Shown: positions 62,978 to 64,000 of the stretch, piece after piece | Layout: every line of letters begins with the position of its first letter | Numbering within the stretch: position 1 is the first letter of the stretch | NCBI GenBank assembly: GCA_012514745.1 | Contig: JAAYZR010000002.1 | Coordinates: forward strand, 40,962-104,961 | Length of the DNA stretch: 64,000 bases | Direction of reading: 5' to 3' | Origin: Candidatus Undivivens industriae | GTDB lineage: Bacteria; Omnitrophota; Gorgyraeia; Gygaellales; Profunditerraquicolaceae | Program-made: the position numbers and the translations under genes | The notes under the pieces: generated by a model | Seen by the model: only the letters and a program-made list of their open reading frames with translations | Told to the model about the DNA's origin: nothing | Databases searched by the model: none

Positions 62978-63709
62978 ATGATGATGCTTGAAGTTAAAAA
63001 CATAAGCGTGGAAGTATCCGGCCGGCTCATCCTTCAGGGCGTGGATATGCATATACGCAAGGGGGAAGTGGTTGTGCTGTTTGGGCCGAACGGCAGCGGC
63101 AAGAGCACGCTGCTTAAGACGATAATGGGATTCGAGGGGTACAAAGTGATCTCCGGAGAGATCCTTCTGGGAGAGACCAGGATAGACGGGCTTCCCGTGG
63201 AAGAAAGAGTGAAGCTCGGTCTCGGGTTGATGTATCAGCATCCTCCGCAGGTCAGGGGTGTCAAACTTGCTCAGATCGCCGGCCGTCTGAACGGCAATGC
63301 CGGGTTGATAAAGGAGATGTCGGAAAGGCTTTCCCTTTCTTCGCATCTATCCAGGGATATAAACATGGGGTTTTCCGGCGGGGAGATGAAACGTTCGGAA
63401 CTTTTTCAACTGATCCTGCAGGATCCCGGTCTGCTCCTTCTCGACGAGCCGGAGTCGGGCGTGGATCTGGAGAACATTTCGGTCATGGGTAAAGTACTGG
63501 ATGGTTATCTCAAAGAAGAAGGCAAGTCGGCCCTGATCATAACCCATACCGGTTATATCCTAGATTATATAAACGCCAGGAAAGGCTGCGTGATGATAGA
63601 CGGGAAGATGTGGTGCGTGGGCAGGCCGAAGGAGATATTCGAAAACATAAGGGAACGCGGATACGACAAATGCATGGGATGCGATGACAGAGCACAATCG
63701 GCAAGATAA
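62978..63709 (+). CDS. sufC: Fe-S cluster assembly ATPase SufC (ABC-type)
   Basis: 243 aa; Walker A GPNGSGKSTLLKTIMG, SufC-like EDYEV(T)GG-type segment (EGYKVISGEILLGE), ABC signature FSGGEMKR, Walker B LLLLDEPESGVD. Confidence 0.8.
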   Translation: MMMLEVKNISVEVSGRLILQGVDMHIRKGEVVVLFGPNGSGKSTLLKTIMGFEGYKVISGEILLGETRIDGLPVEERVKLGLGLMYQHPPQVRGVKLAQIAGRLNGNAGLIKEMSERLSLSSHLSRDINMGFSGGEMKRSELFQLILQDPGLLLLDEPESGVDLENISVMGKVLDGYLKEEGKSALIITHTGYILDYINARKGCVMIDGKMWCVGRPKEIFENIRERGYDKCMGCDDRAQSAR

Positions 63710-64000
63710 TCTGGAGGGTCGCGACCGCGATACCATCGTTTCCACGGGGATGGATTTCTCCGAGAAGGACCGCTCGGGAAGCTTCCTGCAGCAGGACTCG
63801 GGGCTGATGTTCGCCCGGTCACTTTCAGACGGCCTGGAGATAATGGAGATCAAGGAAGCATTGGAAAAAGACCCGGAGGCCGCCGGTTATTTCGGCGCTA
63901 ATTTCCGTTCCACAGGCAGGGATTTCGACAGAGAGACTGAAGGCGGATATTTCATCCGGGTCAAGCGCGGCCATACGATAGAATTCCCGGTGCAGGCCTG
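63684..64000 (+). CDS. SufB/SufD-family Fe-S assembly protein, 5' partial (runs off the window)
   Basis: ATG 63684 overlapping the sufC end; open to the window edge; ...GGYFIRVKRGHTIEFPV resembles the conserved SufB/D core. Confidence 0.5.
   Translation, partial: MTEHNRQDNLEGRDRDTIVSTGMDFSEKDRSGSFLQQDSGLMFARSLSDGLEIMEIKEALEKDPEAAGYFGANFRSTGRDFDRETEGGYFIRVKRGHTIEFPVQA

Noticed and set aside
1-64000. CRISPR arrays, transposases, integrases or phage genes
   Set aside because: Searched by eye for regularly spaced direct repeats and for DDE/tyrosine-recombinase-like ORFs and found none. The only repeat is the single decayed duplication at 11111/11343.

Overview
The window is a 64 kb, roughly 58% GC chromosomal segment from a Gram-negative-type bacterium. 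The envelope genes lptE, a BamD-like TPR lipoprotein, lpxL, lnt and a TolC-RND efflux pump support that. About 60 protein genes are all on the + strand except rpsT and a tRNA-Leu on the - strand.

Housekeeping genes recognised from motifs and synteny:
- rlmN, ilvB, nfo, leuS, comEA/comEC, lptE-holA, rpsT, murJ, a short uvrC, pilT, secA, lnt, lpxL-like, bioY, trpB2, a Ca-type P-ATPase and sufC-sufB/D.
- prfB carries its programmed +1 frameshift.
- tRNA-Ala(GGC) sits on + and tRNA-Leu(CAA) on -.

Four accessory blocks stand out:
1. 183-6918 is a translationally coupled MtnP-like phosphorylase / MtnA-like isomerase / class II aldolase-SCP2 fusion / aldehyde dehydrogenase / acyl-CoA ligase operon. 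It resembles an extended DHAP shunt for 5'-deoxyadenosine or MTA salvage.
2. 8738-13246 is a cluster of three prepilin-like genes whose predicted cleavage sites have Ala or Ser instead of Gly at -1. It also holds a roughly 40-cysteine secreted protein, a second secreted protein, and a decayed 150-nt copy of that gene's 3' end.
3. 27758-36877 is a seven-gene overlapping operon. It encodes a GT2 polyprenyl-phosphate sugar synthase-like enzyme, a SAM methyltransferase, three B12-binding radical SAM enzymes, a YdjC/HpnK-like deacetylase and a 907-aa polytopic membrane protein. It is the best candidate for an undescribed lipid or glycan tailoring system.
4. Around 55700-60100 sit a lone AmmeMemoRadiSam-type radical SAM enzyme, a PP-loop ATPase and a 26-aa highly basic micro-ORF ahead of trpB2.

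Several near-consensus sigma70 promoters and rho-independent terminators are visible. No CRISPR array, transposase or integrase was seen. All calls come from reading the sequence; no database searches were run.
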